Origin: Octopus vulgaris
Taxonomy: Eukaryota
Length of the DNA: 64,000 nucleotides
Direction of reading: 5' to 3'
Assembly: GCA_951406725.2 (NCBI GenBank)
Contig: OX597831.1
Coordinates: 83,514,001-83,578,000, forward strand
Under the pieces are notes generated by a model. The model did no database searches. It was not told the DNA's origin and was given only the letters and a program-made list of their open reading frames with translations. The translations under genes were made by a program, and so were the position numbers. Of the stretch, positions 27,204 to 40,669 are shown piece after piece. Each line of letters begins with the position of its first letter. Within the stretch, counting starts at the first letter, position 1.

Positions 27204-30200
27204 TTACAGATTTATGCTTAAAATAGTGTCGTCTTTCATACTGACCATTTTTGCCACTTTTACCCACTTTTTATTAAAACATTCGTTCGACACAGCCTTC
27301 CTCTCTATTCTCATCCTCCTTTTCAAGTGGTACTTGAAAAAGTTGACGAGAGATTGACCAGAGAGGAAGGTGTTTGTTTGCAGTCTTTTCAAACGCGTCC
27401 ACCACACACATTCTTTCGCCATAGCCATCAGCGTAACGAAAACCGTTTTCCCTTCCCGTTTAAAGGAAGGTGGTGGAACAATATTCACGATAGACTCGGC
27501 CGATAGGTGGGCCCGTCCTACACGCGACAACAGCTGTTCGACGAAGGTCCACAGCTCTAAAATATCTGGACACTGCACGTGTGCGTGCAGAACGGTTTCG
27601 TCGCTCTGACCGCATCTCGGGCAGGTCGGTCCGGTGATGGTTTTCGAACTGTGCCTGTAGCTCTTCTCTCGAACAGGTAGTGCGTCTCGATAGCATTGCT
27701 AAGCCAGGGATTTCTGGAAGTTATTCATAGGCCCCGGCCCGAACGTCGTCCTGAACAGGCGGGTTAAGAATTTCTCGTCGACGCCCAGGTTTGCCCCGAG
27801 TGTGTCGTCGGACCTCCCCTCCACTAGTCCTCTATAGAACGCTTTAGTCGTTTGTAAGATGCACAAGTTTGACCCCGGGCGGCAGAGCCGCTGTAGAGCT
27901 TGGCGACACTCTCGGTGCCAATCGCCCAGTTTCAGTCTCTTCTTGATCCACGTTTGCAGTTCGGTCAGTGAGACGAGTTGCAGGAAGGCACGCCTCACAA
28001 ATGGCGCCCACACCTGTTCACCGTCGTCGATGAAGTTCCAGAGATGTCGCAGTCTCAGCGCATGCCTGCGCATCATCAACCATGGCATGCCCAGTCCTCC
28101 ATTCAACGGATGTTGACAGCAAATAGATCGCCTCACCATCGGAACGCCACCCTTCCACAGGAAGCGGAAGAGTATGCATTCCAGTTTGGTGATGGTGACG
28201 TCGGGACAAGGCACGACGGTCAGGCGGTAATCGATGACGGATGCGATGTACGCGTTCGCCACCTCCACCCGGCCTTTTAGAGACAGCAGTAGCGGCTCGA
28301 GAGTCAATACATACAGAAGCGCCGACAGGGGACACACCTGACGGACCGAACGCGTGATGTCAAACGGTTTCGACAGGTGGCCGTTCACCCGAATCACCGA
28401 TCGGATGCCGCTATACAAGGCAGCGATCCAACCGCGGAAGACGGGACCGAAGCCAGCCGCCCTGAGGACGGCCGCCAAGTACCGATGGTCGACCCTATCG
28501 AAGGCTTTAGACTGATCCAAATTGATCAGCGCCCCACCCATGCCAGGATCCTTAACTACTCTGTTCACAATGTAGCGCATCAGATGGAGGTTGTCATGTA
28601 TAGTTCTGCCGGGCACGGCGCATGTTTGCGCCCTGTCGATCAGTTTACCAATCACAAGCGCCAACCTCTCGGCTATTACTTTGGCCAAAATTTTCAAATC
28701 TGCGTTGAGCAAAGTGATGGACCTGAAATTATTTATAAAATTTCCCTTGTTTGGGTCTTTCTTCAGCAACGTCACTGCATCTCGGCTCACGAAACCGGGG
28801 ATTCTCCTGTTTTGTTGCCAGTTGCAGTAGACTGATGCCAAGAGGTCGCCAAACAAGTCTGGCATTTGACAATACAGCTCGTAGGGTAAACCATCCAATC
28901 CAGGCGACTTATCCCTCGCGCAGCCCGCCATCGCATCCCGCACGTCAGCGACTGTGATGGGACTTTCACAACACTCCGCTTCTCTTGCCGAGAGCCGCGG
29001 CAGGTCGGTCAGGTAGGCACTGAAATCCATCCTGCGTTTCGACCAACCGCTCACACCAAACAGTCGAGCAAAGTGCTGGTGAAAGGCCTCACACATCCTT
29101 TCGGGCTCGAGTAAACTGCATCCCTGTTGATCTATTAGAGACCGAATGGTGGCTCTGTTGCCACGCTGCGCCTCCGCTACCCGGGCCTCTCGCGCAGCTT
29201 CGATCTCTTCGTTCCTTAACGCACGCATTTTAACTCTGACGACGCAACCTTCGTGCTTGGCGTTGAAGTGTTGGTCAAGGGCCATCCTCGCAGCCAGCAC
29301 GTTGGTTGCGCTGCCAGTGGTAAGTGCCTCTTCTAGCTTCTTAACCAGGTCTCCCTCTACTCTGTTTCGATCTATCGCTAATTCCTTGCTAAACCTAATT
29401 GATTCCGATTTTATTGCCATTTTCAGGGCGAACCCCCAGAGGTTGTTAACGACGGCTCCTGCAAGCGCCCTCTTAATTAACTCGCTAATCCGGTTCCTGT
29501 AAACCTGTCGCGCTAAGAGCGACGTGTTCAGTTTCCAGTAACCGGGACCCTGTCTATGTGTCTTATCTAAGTCGAGCGTACACGTCACAAATTTGTGATC
29601 TGTGTAGCTGACTGTTTTAAATTGTGGACATCCTACACTATCCCTATCCGCTGTCCTGCATAGAATTCTATCTAGATAAGATCTCGACGATCCGACGCGG
29701 TTTGTCCAAATCCACGTTGGCACGTTCGGATGGTCGAGTCGGAACCTGTCAGACAAATGGAAACGTCTGAGTAGGTCTTTGAGGCACTTACACCCCCTTC
29801 TATTCCTATCCATTCCCACATAATCTAGATGCGTGTCCAAGGTAGCGTTCCAATCCCCTACTAACAGTAAAGGTCTAGACGTACCCAGGAAAACCTCTAG
29901 ACGTCTGAAGAAATCCGCCTGACCCGTTAAGGACGGTGCATAAACTGCCATCAGACAGAATGCACACCCATTTCTGCCATCCACGTCCAAGACAACCAGC
30001 CTACCCTCCAGGTCTAGGAATATTGTTCTTACTTTTACATTTAAGCTCTTTCGAAAAAGCACCGCGGTACCTCCACCACCCATGTTCGGCAGACAGGGAG
30101 AAAAATAAATGTCGAATTGATCTCCAAACATGGACGCGAGGGCCCGCGGCTTGCTGAGTCTGGTTTCACTGATAGCTACTATATCCACATTCAGTGACTT

Positions 30201-30275
30201 GATGTCGTTTAGAAGGTAACCTTGCTTCCAAGCCGACGCCAAGCCACGCGCATTCACACAACCTAATTTAAGCAT
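27204..30275 (-). pseudogene. Tx1 ORF2: APE endonuclease, reverse transcriptase and Cys motif (defective)
   Basis: CVNARGL, ISETRL, GDWNA, SYLDRI, TDHK, YWKLNTSLL, DQSKAFDRVDH, QVCPLS and CPRCGQSDETVLH. The YADD segment is missing and there is a stop at 27699. Confidence 0.92.
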
Positions 30276-30344
30276 AATTGACGTTTACGAAAATTGTGTT
30301 TCACACACTACATTGGAAGAAACAAGAGGCAAGAGGGAAGGTCA

Positions 30345-32204
30345 CTTACTCACTTCGAAAGTTTCATTTTTTTCTTCTTCTTCTTTTGTAGTGTCTTTGA
30401 GGAGGTGTTTGTATAGTTTTTTGGAGAGGTATCGTTGAAACCCGCCTACCGCATTTGGAAATATTGTTTTCAGTGTATGGTGTTGTGTTTGTGTTATGTG
30501 TTTCGGTGGTGTGGTGCGCGGATGATTGTTTGTCTTAAAGTCATCTTCACAGATTTCCGTGTTGGATGCAATGTAATCTATTAATTTTTTATTGGCTGTG
30601 TCTCTTGCAGTTAGTTGTGTGTGTGGTTTTGCGGGTTCATTGATTTTTTTATTGTCTAGGGGGATGCTGTCCGAAGTTAAATATCTCCCTGCTTTACTTA
30701 CTTGTTTGGTGGGCTTTTTTTATCTTTTCCTTTTACCCCCTCTGGCTATTTGCCATTCCGTCGAACTTTCGTCGTTGGACGACGAGTCCGACGAATCAGA
30801 AGGGGGTAAAGGCAAAGCATTTGCGTTAATATGTATGCTTGTAGAAATTGTTGATGTTTTGTGTGGTGTTTGTGTTGTTGTCGTGTTAGGGGTAGAATTT
30901 GTCTTCTCGTCACTGTTTTCTGTTTTTTTAGTTGTCGTCCTCGGTGTTGGTGTTGGTCTATCTTTTGTTGGTTCAGTATGTTGAGTCAACGGTGATTGTG
31001 TTGGTGCTGTTTCTTTTCTTGGTGATGTTGTTGGGGTCTCTTTGCTGGTTTGTTGTTTTTCTTGGCATTGTTCCATAATTGAGTGTGTTGGTGTTGGTGT
31101 TGGTGTTGGTAACAAGGGTTTTTTATTTGTTTTCTGATTTGTTCTTGTTTTTCTGTGCCAGAGCGCACTTGGCAATTAAATGTTCTGGGCTGCCACAGTT
31201 GTAGCATCTTGGCTTTTTGCCTTCTGCCACAACGTATAGGCTTTGCCCATTCTCTACAAGAATCTTATCGGGAAGTTTCTCGATAGAGGACCCATCAATC
31301 TGGATGCTGACTTCTATTGATTTACCACCCCAATTGTCGTTTTTGTATACGGCAATCTCTAAAATATTTATAGTTTTCAAATGGTAACAGATCGCTCCTG
31401 TTATCCATTTGTTAGGTATCTCGGGTGGTACATTTTTAATGCTAATTTGACTCACTCTCTGGCCTTTGTAATATGGGATCTTGATGATTTCATCATTTTG
31501 CAGAGACTCCGTAGAGTGAGCTTTTGCCACTTCCTAGTTAGGGAAGCGGACCATCACTGTATTAAACTGGGGACCCCAGTTTATATATTCTTTTTTTTTT
31601 CATTATGTTTTTAAACACTTTTCTATGTCCGTTTTTGTAATGTTCATTTTGTTTTTTTTATAATTTTATATATAATTGTCTTATTGTCTATTTGTTCCTT
31701 TATGTGTTGAGGTGTATGCAATACTAAATCCTGCCTTTGGGTTGTAAAGAGTGCTCTCGTTTCTATTAACTCTTCATTCGTCAATTTTATTATTTCTTTT
31801 TTCTGACGCAGGGCGTCAGCGAAATTTACTGTTATATTCTGGCAGTTGTTGTCGTTGTGTGTTTTTGTTGTTGTTGTATCCGAAATATTCTTGGACGTGG
31901 CTTTTACAGGTACTGTTGATTCTGTTATATTAATATCTTCACTATTAGATGATAAAATATTTATTTCATTTTTGTTGCTGTTCTTCTTGTTGTTGTTGCT
32001 TTTGTTAATAGTATTCGCGTGAGTTTCATTTTTATCATTTATGGTGGTGGTGGTGGAGGTGGTGGTGGTGGTGGTGGTGGAGGTGGTGGTGGTGGTGGTG
32101 GAGGTGGTGGTGGTAGCAGTAGTAGTCTCGTTGTTGTTGTTAGCGGTGGTGGTGGTGGTGGTGACAGGGCTGTTACCGCAAGTGGTTGCAGCGTTCACTA
32201 CCAC
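30345..32204 (-). pseudogene. Tx1 ORF1 (gag-like, CCHC zinc knuckle), frameshifted
   Basis: CYNCGSPEHLIAKC knuckle and Thr/Asn low-complexity tracts, split over several frames upstream of ORF2. Confidence 0.8.
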
Positions 32205-32311
32205 GTCACTCAGGTTTGTCTTTGTCGAATGTGTGTGCGTGCATAAATTCTTTTTTCTCCTAGCGTTTCAAGTCTAGGAAAAATAATAATATTTTTATTA
32301 TTGTTGTTGTT

Positions 32312-32425
32312 ATATTCAAATTCCAACAAGGTCCACTTTGTCTTTCATCCTTCCACTGGGGTCGATGTAATCGACTAATCCGGTCCCCCAAAATTGCTGC
32401 CCTTGTGGAAAAATTTGAAACTATT
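32312..32425 (+). mobile_element. SINE fragment (Nin/Deu-like core and tail)
   Basis: TTCAAATTCC..AGGTCCACTTTGTCTTTCATCCTT..CTGGGGTCGATGTAATCGAC. Confidence 0.7.
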
Positions 32426-32429
32426 ATTA

Positions 32430-32482
<53 letters not shown>

Positions 32483-33018
32483 CAAGGTGTCCCCAAAAAT
32501 GGGTTATGGTTAGGCGCTAACCCTAACCCCTTATTTTCACACCTTAACAATATATATTCACAGCCAAAAGCGTATTGTTGTGTTTAGAGCTCTTCAAAAT
32601 GTGCAGTTGATCCACTTGTTTTTGTTGTATCTAAAATGTTGTTGAACCTACAGTGTATAAAATAGTGGCTTGAAATTATATACTCAGGACTGTATATTTG
32701 TATACGTAATGACGTCAGTAACAGAAAGACACGTGACTGCCGCTCAGTTCATCAAACTGATTAGCAGGTTTATAAGCAAAGATTTATTTTCAAGGGCATT
32801 CCAGCCGTGACCATTCCATCTTCTTGCGATTAAATTATGCAATGTGTTCATCCTTTTTAAACAATGGATTGAATACGATTTGACTGTTATTTCTAACGTA
32901 GCAAATTAACTACGTAGAGATTCCACCATTGGCTCAATAATGTAGAGTAAATGATGACTGTTTTGACAGCCTCCACAGACCAGTTATATCATTACAGGCG
33001 CGCGCAGGTACATCTTAA

Positions 33019-33227
33019 CCCATTAAGTCCCATTGTCCTATGAATAGGACACTAAATGAGAACCTTAAATAAGCTACATCACATTGTCTCAGTGTCCTAT
33101 TTATAGGACACCGAGTATTTCCATTTTACTTGAAGTAAAGGAGTTTTAATAATTTTTCTTTTTTTCGTTTTAACCTATTTTCAATCAAATAATATTCACA
33201 AATTTAAGTACTGTGGGACTTAAAGGG
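33019..33227. mobile_element. piggyBac-derived MITE (209 bp)
   Basis: TTAA|CCCATTAAGTCCCA ... TGGGACTTAAAGGG|TTAA gives a TTAA target duplication and 14 bp TIRs with one mismatch. Two internal TGTCCTATnnATAGGACA palindromes. Confidence 0.9.
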
Positions 33228-33765
33228 TTAAAACAGTCATTAGAGATTACAATTAACTTGAATTGCTGCACCGCTGAAGTGTCAAATAGTTAATTTTTGC
33301 AACCGCAGCCATATTTCAATCTGACAACAAACCACCACCACCACCACTACTCTCCTCTTCCTCTCCCTCTCTGTTTGCCAAGAATCTACTTAACTGACAA
33401 TCTGTTTCTGTCAAATCGGACAGGTTTTATCAATCGTTAAGTGCCAAGATTTCCACAAACGAACCTAAACACAACCACCGTAAGCATCAGTCTAAAACAA
33501 GAATTCCAGCTTCCGCTAACAAGATTCGGCACTTCAACAAAATGATAATAATATGATATGTTCAAATGTTATGAGCATGTCACATGTCACAACTATGAGT
33601 CACATTTCTCTTCTAAATAATAAAATGACGAGAACAAACAAAATGAAGAAAGGAAGATGATGACGACAATAGTATGGATGAGGATAATGTACTAGAGGGT
33701 GTTGTTGCTAATAATACTGATGTTGAAAGGGACAATGAAACAACCACAACGAAAATAATAATAAT

Positions 33766-33836
<71 letters not shown>

Positions 33837-33839
33837 TTG

Positions 33840-34620
33840 TAATTGGTTCTTAATGCTTGCATTTACGCAGCACATATTAGAGCCGCCGTTTCCGGTTTTA
33901 AATCACTTTTAGTCATCCATAGCCATTTTATTTCTCTCTTTGTCTTATCTTTAGCATTCCTATGAAATTGTCCACGAATTCTTTTCCTTGTCCACCTATT
34001 TTCAGTTTCATTCATTCCCAAGTGCTTGTACAATGATTTATCTTTGCAATCTTCCAGCTTAATTCCAATAATAGCTTACTTCCAACATACTATGTTGTTT
34101 TCTTCTGTTCTAATGCTGTGTTCGCATCCAATCAGTCCTCTTTCCCCTCTTTTTCTTGGTACATACAGTTTGTCTGCAAATATCCTATGGGATTTTATGA
34201 TTCAGTGCGACCATGAGATAGAGAATAAGAAACCAGATATAGTCTTAATTGAGAAACAAAGCAAACGATGCTGGATCATAGATATAGCATGTCTAGCTGA
34301 CAAGGTATGCGATAAGGAAGAAAGAAAAGTCGATAGACGTGACAGGTTAGTTTGGGAGATTAAGCAGCTGTGGTCGATGAAAAAGGTGGTAATAGTACCA
34401 ATAATTGTTGGAGCCCTGGGAACAGTGAGTTAAAATCTTGTGAAGTACATGAAACAAATAGGGGCTGAAATAATGGTGCTCTTGCAGAAAACAGCACTGC
34501 TTGGAACTGTTCGAATATTCCGGATGGTGCTCGAAAAATAAGAGGTATTACCTTAGTTCATTGGTAGTGAACAGCTGACACCGTAGTACATCTCCAGCGT
34601 TAGAAACTGTGCAAAGACAA
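33840..34620 (+). mobile_element. R4/Dong LINE 3' part with inverted 5' segment
   Basis: 34178-34540 (+) encodes ILWDF.IQCDH...KPDIV...IIDIAC...VPIIVGALG, followed by a (TAC)n(TAA)n tail. 33840-34177 (-) encodes DKLYVPRKRGERGL, which normally lies upstream. Confidence 0.85.
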
Positions 34621-34647
34621 TACTACTACTACTACTACTACTACTAC

Positions 34648-34692
<45 letters not shown>

Positions 34693-34713
34693 TGATGATG
34701 ATGATGATGATGA

Positions 34714-37700
34714 TTTCTTTATTAACCACTAAGAGTTTACATAAAAAAAGCATTATGGATAAATCCAAAGTGGTATTACTTGAATGTCGTGTAAACAATG
34801 AAAAGCAAAACCATCAATCGAATATAACAGAATTTCCCAAAAGCGAGAGACCTCCTAGGACTGTTCGTGAAAATCCCACAAGTCCACAACAGTCCTGACC
34901 ACCAGGGTAAGTGCCCTTTGTCTACAGGCACATGCTTAGAGTAGGCCCAGTTGCTTGGGCCATTCTTGCGACATTCATCCACCTTTTTAGCAAAATTGCT
35001 GGCTGGAGGGGCAGAACTTCCCTCTCCACCCTCACTTTCCTTTTCAAGTGAAATTTGAAAAAGTTGAGGGCTTGGACAAAGAGGAAAGTATCTGTCTTCA
35101 ACCCTTTCAATCTCTTCCGCTACACAACCTCTTTCGCTAAGGCTACCAGGCAAAGAAAAACAACTTCCCTCCCCGGCCAAAGGAAGGCGGCGGGACTCTC
35201 CTCGCAGTGGACTCAGCCGATAACCAGATTCGTGCTACACGCAGCAGCAGGTGCTCGATATAAATCCACAGCTTAGAAATTCTCAGGTACTGGATGAGAG
35301 CGTGCAGAACGGTTTCGTCGCTCTGCACGCATCTCGAGCAAGCCGACTGACTGCACCCCGTGCCTGTAGAGTTTATCTCGAACAGGTAGTGCCCTGGTAA
35401 GGATTTCAGAGAGTGCCAGGTCAAGGATTTCTGAAAATTAGCCATTGGCCCTGGCCCTTAAAGTTCTCCGGAACAGACCAGCCGACTCGTTCCTGTCGAC
35501 GCCCAGAGTCTCCCCGAGAACGTCGTCGCACTTATTCGCCACTGGCTCTCTATAGAACGCCATGGTGGAATTTCGACCGACCGCATTGACCGACTGGCGG
35601 AGGAGTGTGAGCACTTGACGTTACTCTAGGTGCCAAGCACCTTGCCTCGATCTACGCTTGATCCAGGACTGCAACACAGTCAAAGAAACAAGCTGTGGGA
35701 AATCGCTTCTGACAAACGGCGACTACACCTGCTCACTGTCTAGGACGCGATGCGATGCTGTAACATCAGCATGTCTGCGCATCAATAGCCACGGCATTCC
35801 CAACCCTCCATTTAGCAAGTGTTGACAGCAAATGGACCACCTGACCAGTGAAATGCGTCTCCTCCACAGAAAGCGGAATAGTAGGCGCTTCTTTTTGGTC
35901 AGACTCGAACCAGGACAGGGCAAGACAGTGAGGCGGTATTAGGCATCAGAAGCAAGGTGAGCATTCGTCACCTCCACCCGCCCTTTTATAGGTAGCGATC
36001 TCTCAGCCCATTTCTGAGTGAGATTGGCCACCTTGTTCGCTACCTTGTCCCAGGTCTTCTCCACTTGGAGATTTGGACCGAACCAGATACTGAACGATTT
36101 AACAGGTCCTTCCGTCTAGCATCCTACAATACTGTTGGAAGGCATCGACCTGCTTTCCCATGTGCCGAGTTGCAGGCCCACTGATTTCTCCTGATTAATT
36201 TTTGCTCCTATCTCCGCCTCGTATTCTTTTAGAGCGGTGCCGTCCAGGTTTATGTGGTTGGTGTTCGACATTATGACGGTGACGTCGTCCACGTATGCTG
36301 ACACTGTACTACCATGTCCTAGTTCGCGCGGGATGCCTCCCAATACCTCCAGTTTCCGAGTAGTGGCTCTATAGCCATCACATACGTGACGAGAGCGGAC
36401 CTCCATGACGGGCCGAACGCATTGTGTTGAATGGTTCCGAAAGCCCCGTCCATGCCAGCGTTATTCCTCATCCAGTTATGATGTGTCGCATGAGGTGGGT
36501 GTTGTCGTAGATGGATCTGCTTGGGATAGCGCATGTTTGCACATCATCAATCATTTCCTCAACGACAAGTGCCAACCCCTTCGCTTGGCCAAAGTTTTGA
36601 AGTCTACGTTCAGCAGCGTTATGGGCCGAAAATTTTCTATTTCATCCCCCTTGTTTGGGTGCTTTTTCAGCAGTGCCACCATTCCTCGGCTCACAAAACT
36701 AGGAACTCTGCTCCTAGTTGCGGTAGATATCCGCCAAAAGACCGCCAAATAAGTCTTGCATATAGTAGTAAAGCTCGTAGGGCATAGCATCCAAACCAGG
36801 CGATTTACCCACCCACCCCCACCGTTTAGCCATCACCGCATCCTGTATTTCCGCGGCTGTTGGGGCGAGGCAACGAGAGTTGCGGCATGCCGTCAAGGTA
36901 GGCACTAAAGTCAATGCTGTGTTCCGGATTGCCCCTCATCCCAAAAAGTTGGGCGAAATGCCGCTGGAATACCGCACACATCCGCTCGGGCTCAAGCATC
37001 GTGTGCCCACCCGGGTCCACTAAACACTGAATTGTGACTTTGTGTCCACGTTGAGCCTCTGTCACTCGGGCCCATCGAGTGGCTTTAATTCCCTCGTTGC
37101 TTAGAGCACGTGCCTTAGCTCTTACAATGCATCCTTCGTGCTTAGCGTTGAAGAATCTTGCAGCCTGCACTTCGGTTGCAATGTCTCTCCTAAGCGCCTC
37201 TAACAAGTCCCTAACAAGCTTCCCTTCCATTTTATTTATTCTATCGCCAGTGCCTTGCTAAACCAAATTGATTCTATTCTAAGTGCCCTTTTCAGGGCGT
37301 GCCACTATTTATTGTTAGTTAATGCTCACTTACCTAATTCACTAATTCGGTCTCTGTAAGCTTGGCACGCAGGGAGTGACGCGTTCAGTTTCCAGTAATA
37401 GTCCCTACCTACGTGGTCTATCTAAGTCGACCGTACAGATCACAAATTTGTGGTCTGCAAAGGTGACGATTTTGAAAAGTAGTCAACTTACACTATTCCT
37501 ATCTACTGGCTTAGAGAAAATTCTATCTAAATACGACCTGGATAACCCGCTGCGTTTAGACGAGGTCCACGTTGGCGCATTCTGGAAATCTAGCCTGTAT
37601 CTGTCAGACAGTTGAAAACGTCTGAGAAGGTTTGTTAGGCTTTTGCACCCACCTCCTCTATCCGCTAGTCCCACACGGTCCAGACGTGGCTCTAACAGCG

Positions 37701-38032
37701 TTCCAGTCGCACATAATTACTAAAGGACAAGACATTCCCAGGAAAACTTCAAGGCGTCTGAAGAAGTCCGCAGCCATTCTCTTGTCGGAGCATAGACAGC
37801 CACCAGCCTGAAGGCACCTCTGTCACTACTGCTCACATCCAGGGCCACCAGCTTACCTTTCTATGTCCAGTCTTTATCTAGATATCCAGGCCTCTCCGGA
37901 ACAACACACCAGTTCCACCTCCCATTCCTGGCTGACGTGGTGATAAATACATCTCGTATCCACCGAAAATGGGCTTGAATTCTCGTCGGTCTGAGAGCCT
38001 AGTTTCACTGATGGCCACCACATCGACATATA
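34714..38032 (-). mobile_element. 5'-truncated, decayed Tx1 LINE (same group as 26915-32280)
   Basis: VVAISETRL, SYLDRI, NFRPITLLNVDFK, AYVDDVTV, GGLGMPWL and CSRCVQSDETVLH. 3' AATAAA followed by (ATC)n. Confidence 0.9.
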
Positions 38033-38039
38033 GTGACAA

Positions 38040-39018
38040 TAAGGCGAACGTACACAGGCTGAAGATGTGTAAAGGTGGACGCGGGGTGGTTAGCGTGCGG
38101 GAGTACATCAACAGTGAAAGAAGAAATATGGCAGAGTATTTTGTAAATAGCAAACAAGACCTGCTACAGTATGCTGCTAATGCAGAAAGATTTGCCAAAA
38201 ATGGACTTGAGAGGGCTGAATATCCAATGAGAGAGAAGAAACTCTACTCCGCATGGAATTACAAGGTGAGTCCCACCATGAAACTAGCAACTTAAAAGAC
38301 CTGGAAGAAGCATCATGGAGGTGGCTCAGCAAGGGTGAGCTAAAAAAAGAAGACTGGAAACCTAGTCATTGCTGCTTAGGATCAGGCATTGAATACCGAC
38401 TCAGTAAAAAGAGATATATACCACACAAGGGCAACGAACCTCTGAAGAATGTGTGGGAAGATGGTTGAAAGCATGACTCACATTGTTAGTGCTTGTGAAA
38501 GTCTCGCGCAGAAAGAGTACAAGTGTAGACATAAGAAGGTAGCATAAAACCGTCACTGGATACTATGCTGGAAGTATGGATACGAGGTAATTGGTGCTCG
38601 GTACCAACATACACCAGAAAAGGTAATGAACGAAAAGGGAAAGGCAAAAATCCTCTGGGACTTTTCACTTCCAAACAGACAACATGTTAGAGGTATAGTA
38701 ACCAGATATAGGAACCTTTAGAAGGAACAAACAAGAGTACCTAATAATCGATGTGGCAGTACCAGGAGATCAACATATTCTCATAAAAGAAAGAGAAAAG
38801 ATCGATAAATATGGGGACCCGAGAACTGAGATGGCCAAGATGTGGTTAGGGTACAAGAGTCAAACATAAAGTTTGTCCCAGTTGTCATTGGAGCACTGGG
38901 TTCAATACCACCCAAGCTGAAGAAACATCTGGAAACTTTAGAAATACCCTACAGTCTAGGTGTCCGAGTCACAATATCTTCAATCAGTAACATATTGGAT
39001 ACTGTGCGACTTCTTATC

Positions 39019-39020
<2 letters not shown>
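38040..39020 (+). mobile_element. R4/Dong LINE fragment ending in (TAA)n
   Basis: KGGRGVVS, ESMTHIVSACESLAQKEYK.RH, IIDVAVPGD and VPVVIGALGSIP. Tail is (TAA)n at 39020-39115. Confidence 0.85.
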
Positions 39021-39115
<95 letters not shown>

Positions 39116-39300
39116 CGCTACCTAACTCAGATACCAGGAAAATCGCTACCTAACTCAGATACCAGGAAAATCGCTACCTAACTCAGATACCAGGAAACCC
39201 CAAAATGGCAGAAATTCAAAAGATGGTGCTCATGGGAACTGCTCATATCCTACGCAAAATACTTTCTATGTAATCTCAAGTTTTAAAACAAACATAATTT
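39116..39300 (+). mobile_element. Dong 3' fragment preceded by a 28 bp tandem triplication
   Basis: CGCTACCTAACTCAGATACCAGGAAAAT repeated about three times, then EIQKMVLMGTAHILRKIL*. Confidence 0.75.
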
Positions 39301-39508
39301 TCGTTTTTTTCTTTTGTTATATCCCTAATATCCCAGAAACAGCTGTAAGACTACCTTTCTTTATAAATGTCCAATAAATTCCACACAGCCTTGGCTTTGT
39401 TGTCTCATTTTATTTAACATATACATGCTCACACGAGATCAGCATTAGACTCCTCACTAGTATTATTATCGAGTGTGTACATAGCCTTACCCATCTTGGG
39501 TCTTCTTG

Positions 39509-39572
<64 letters not shown>

Positions 39573-40669
39573 GAGATAGAGAGAGAGATGTATTTGTATG
39601 TCTGTATTGTAATCAAATTAAACTTATCGGGACCCTAAAGAGAAATTATTGGTTTAGAAGTGGCATTGCTTTCAGTGATCTCTCTGTCGTTAATAAATAA
39701 AGTAGTTACTGCTAGCATGATGATAAAATATCTACCTTTAATACGGTTAAAGTAGCGTGACGCATTGTTTGACTGTATCTGCTGGATTGAACACACACGC
39801 GCACACACAAAGGACATTGTGAGAAGCAGAAATTATGTGACGACAACAGTCTCAAATGTCGCTGATTCTATTTTATGTCGATAACCAAGATAACGAGTCT
39901 TGATTAACCAATTCCATGAGTTTTAAATAAATACAAGTCACCTTCGTAAGACATATGAATTTTTATGAGTGAGTGAGTGAGAGCAGCATCTAACTGATGA
40001 GTTTTTATTTACCTTATTGCACCTTATTTTTACCCAGATAAACTACGTATCCGGTATTGTAAATGTAACCTCGAATGCAGAGGCGAACGACGTTCCTGTC
40101 TGAACTCAGGTGTGAATCACTAAGCCTCATACGAAAAGAAATCAGACAAGAATCATATCAAGATATGTGAATATGCATGTCTACAGGTAAAACAGTCGAA
40201 ATTTGTATATCGGCTGGTGTACGTTTTACGAAAATCCGGTGCATCAGAGCGAGTGTGTGAGCGCGTGTCGAGGCTGAATGCATCCAGCTGGGAGAAGATA
40301 TACACGCGAGTAAGCGCAAAAATACAAATAATGTACATGAGCGTACGAACACGCACAAATAATGAGCACGTATCTAATTATGATTCTATCAATTATTCAA
40401 ATCTTTATTACCCACTCATTCTTCAGTCATCAGTTATTTATTATCCATCATTTTTATATCATCCATTATTTCCGTAATTATCACAGTAACGTTCACGTTC
40501 ATGTAGTGAGTGATGTATCCATTGGTTATGGACGCGAGAACTTCTAGGTGTATGTGGGAGAATGTAAGGTGGGAATAAGTTATTTGGCTAAATGCTGTAC
40601 AGTCAGTTCCAAATGTGTGTGTGTGTGTGTGTGTGCGTGCGTGTGCGCGTGCTCGCATGTATGTGCATA

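Noticed and set aside
32481-32545. TA-CAAGGTGTCCC Tc1-like terminus
   Set aside because: No matching second TIR or transposase sequence found.
39116-39198. CRISPR-like 28 bp repeats
   Set aside because: Head-to-tail with no spacers, in a eukaryotic LINE context.
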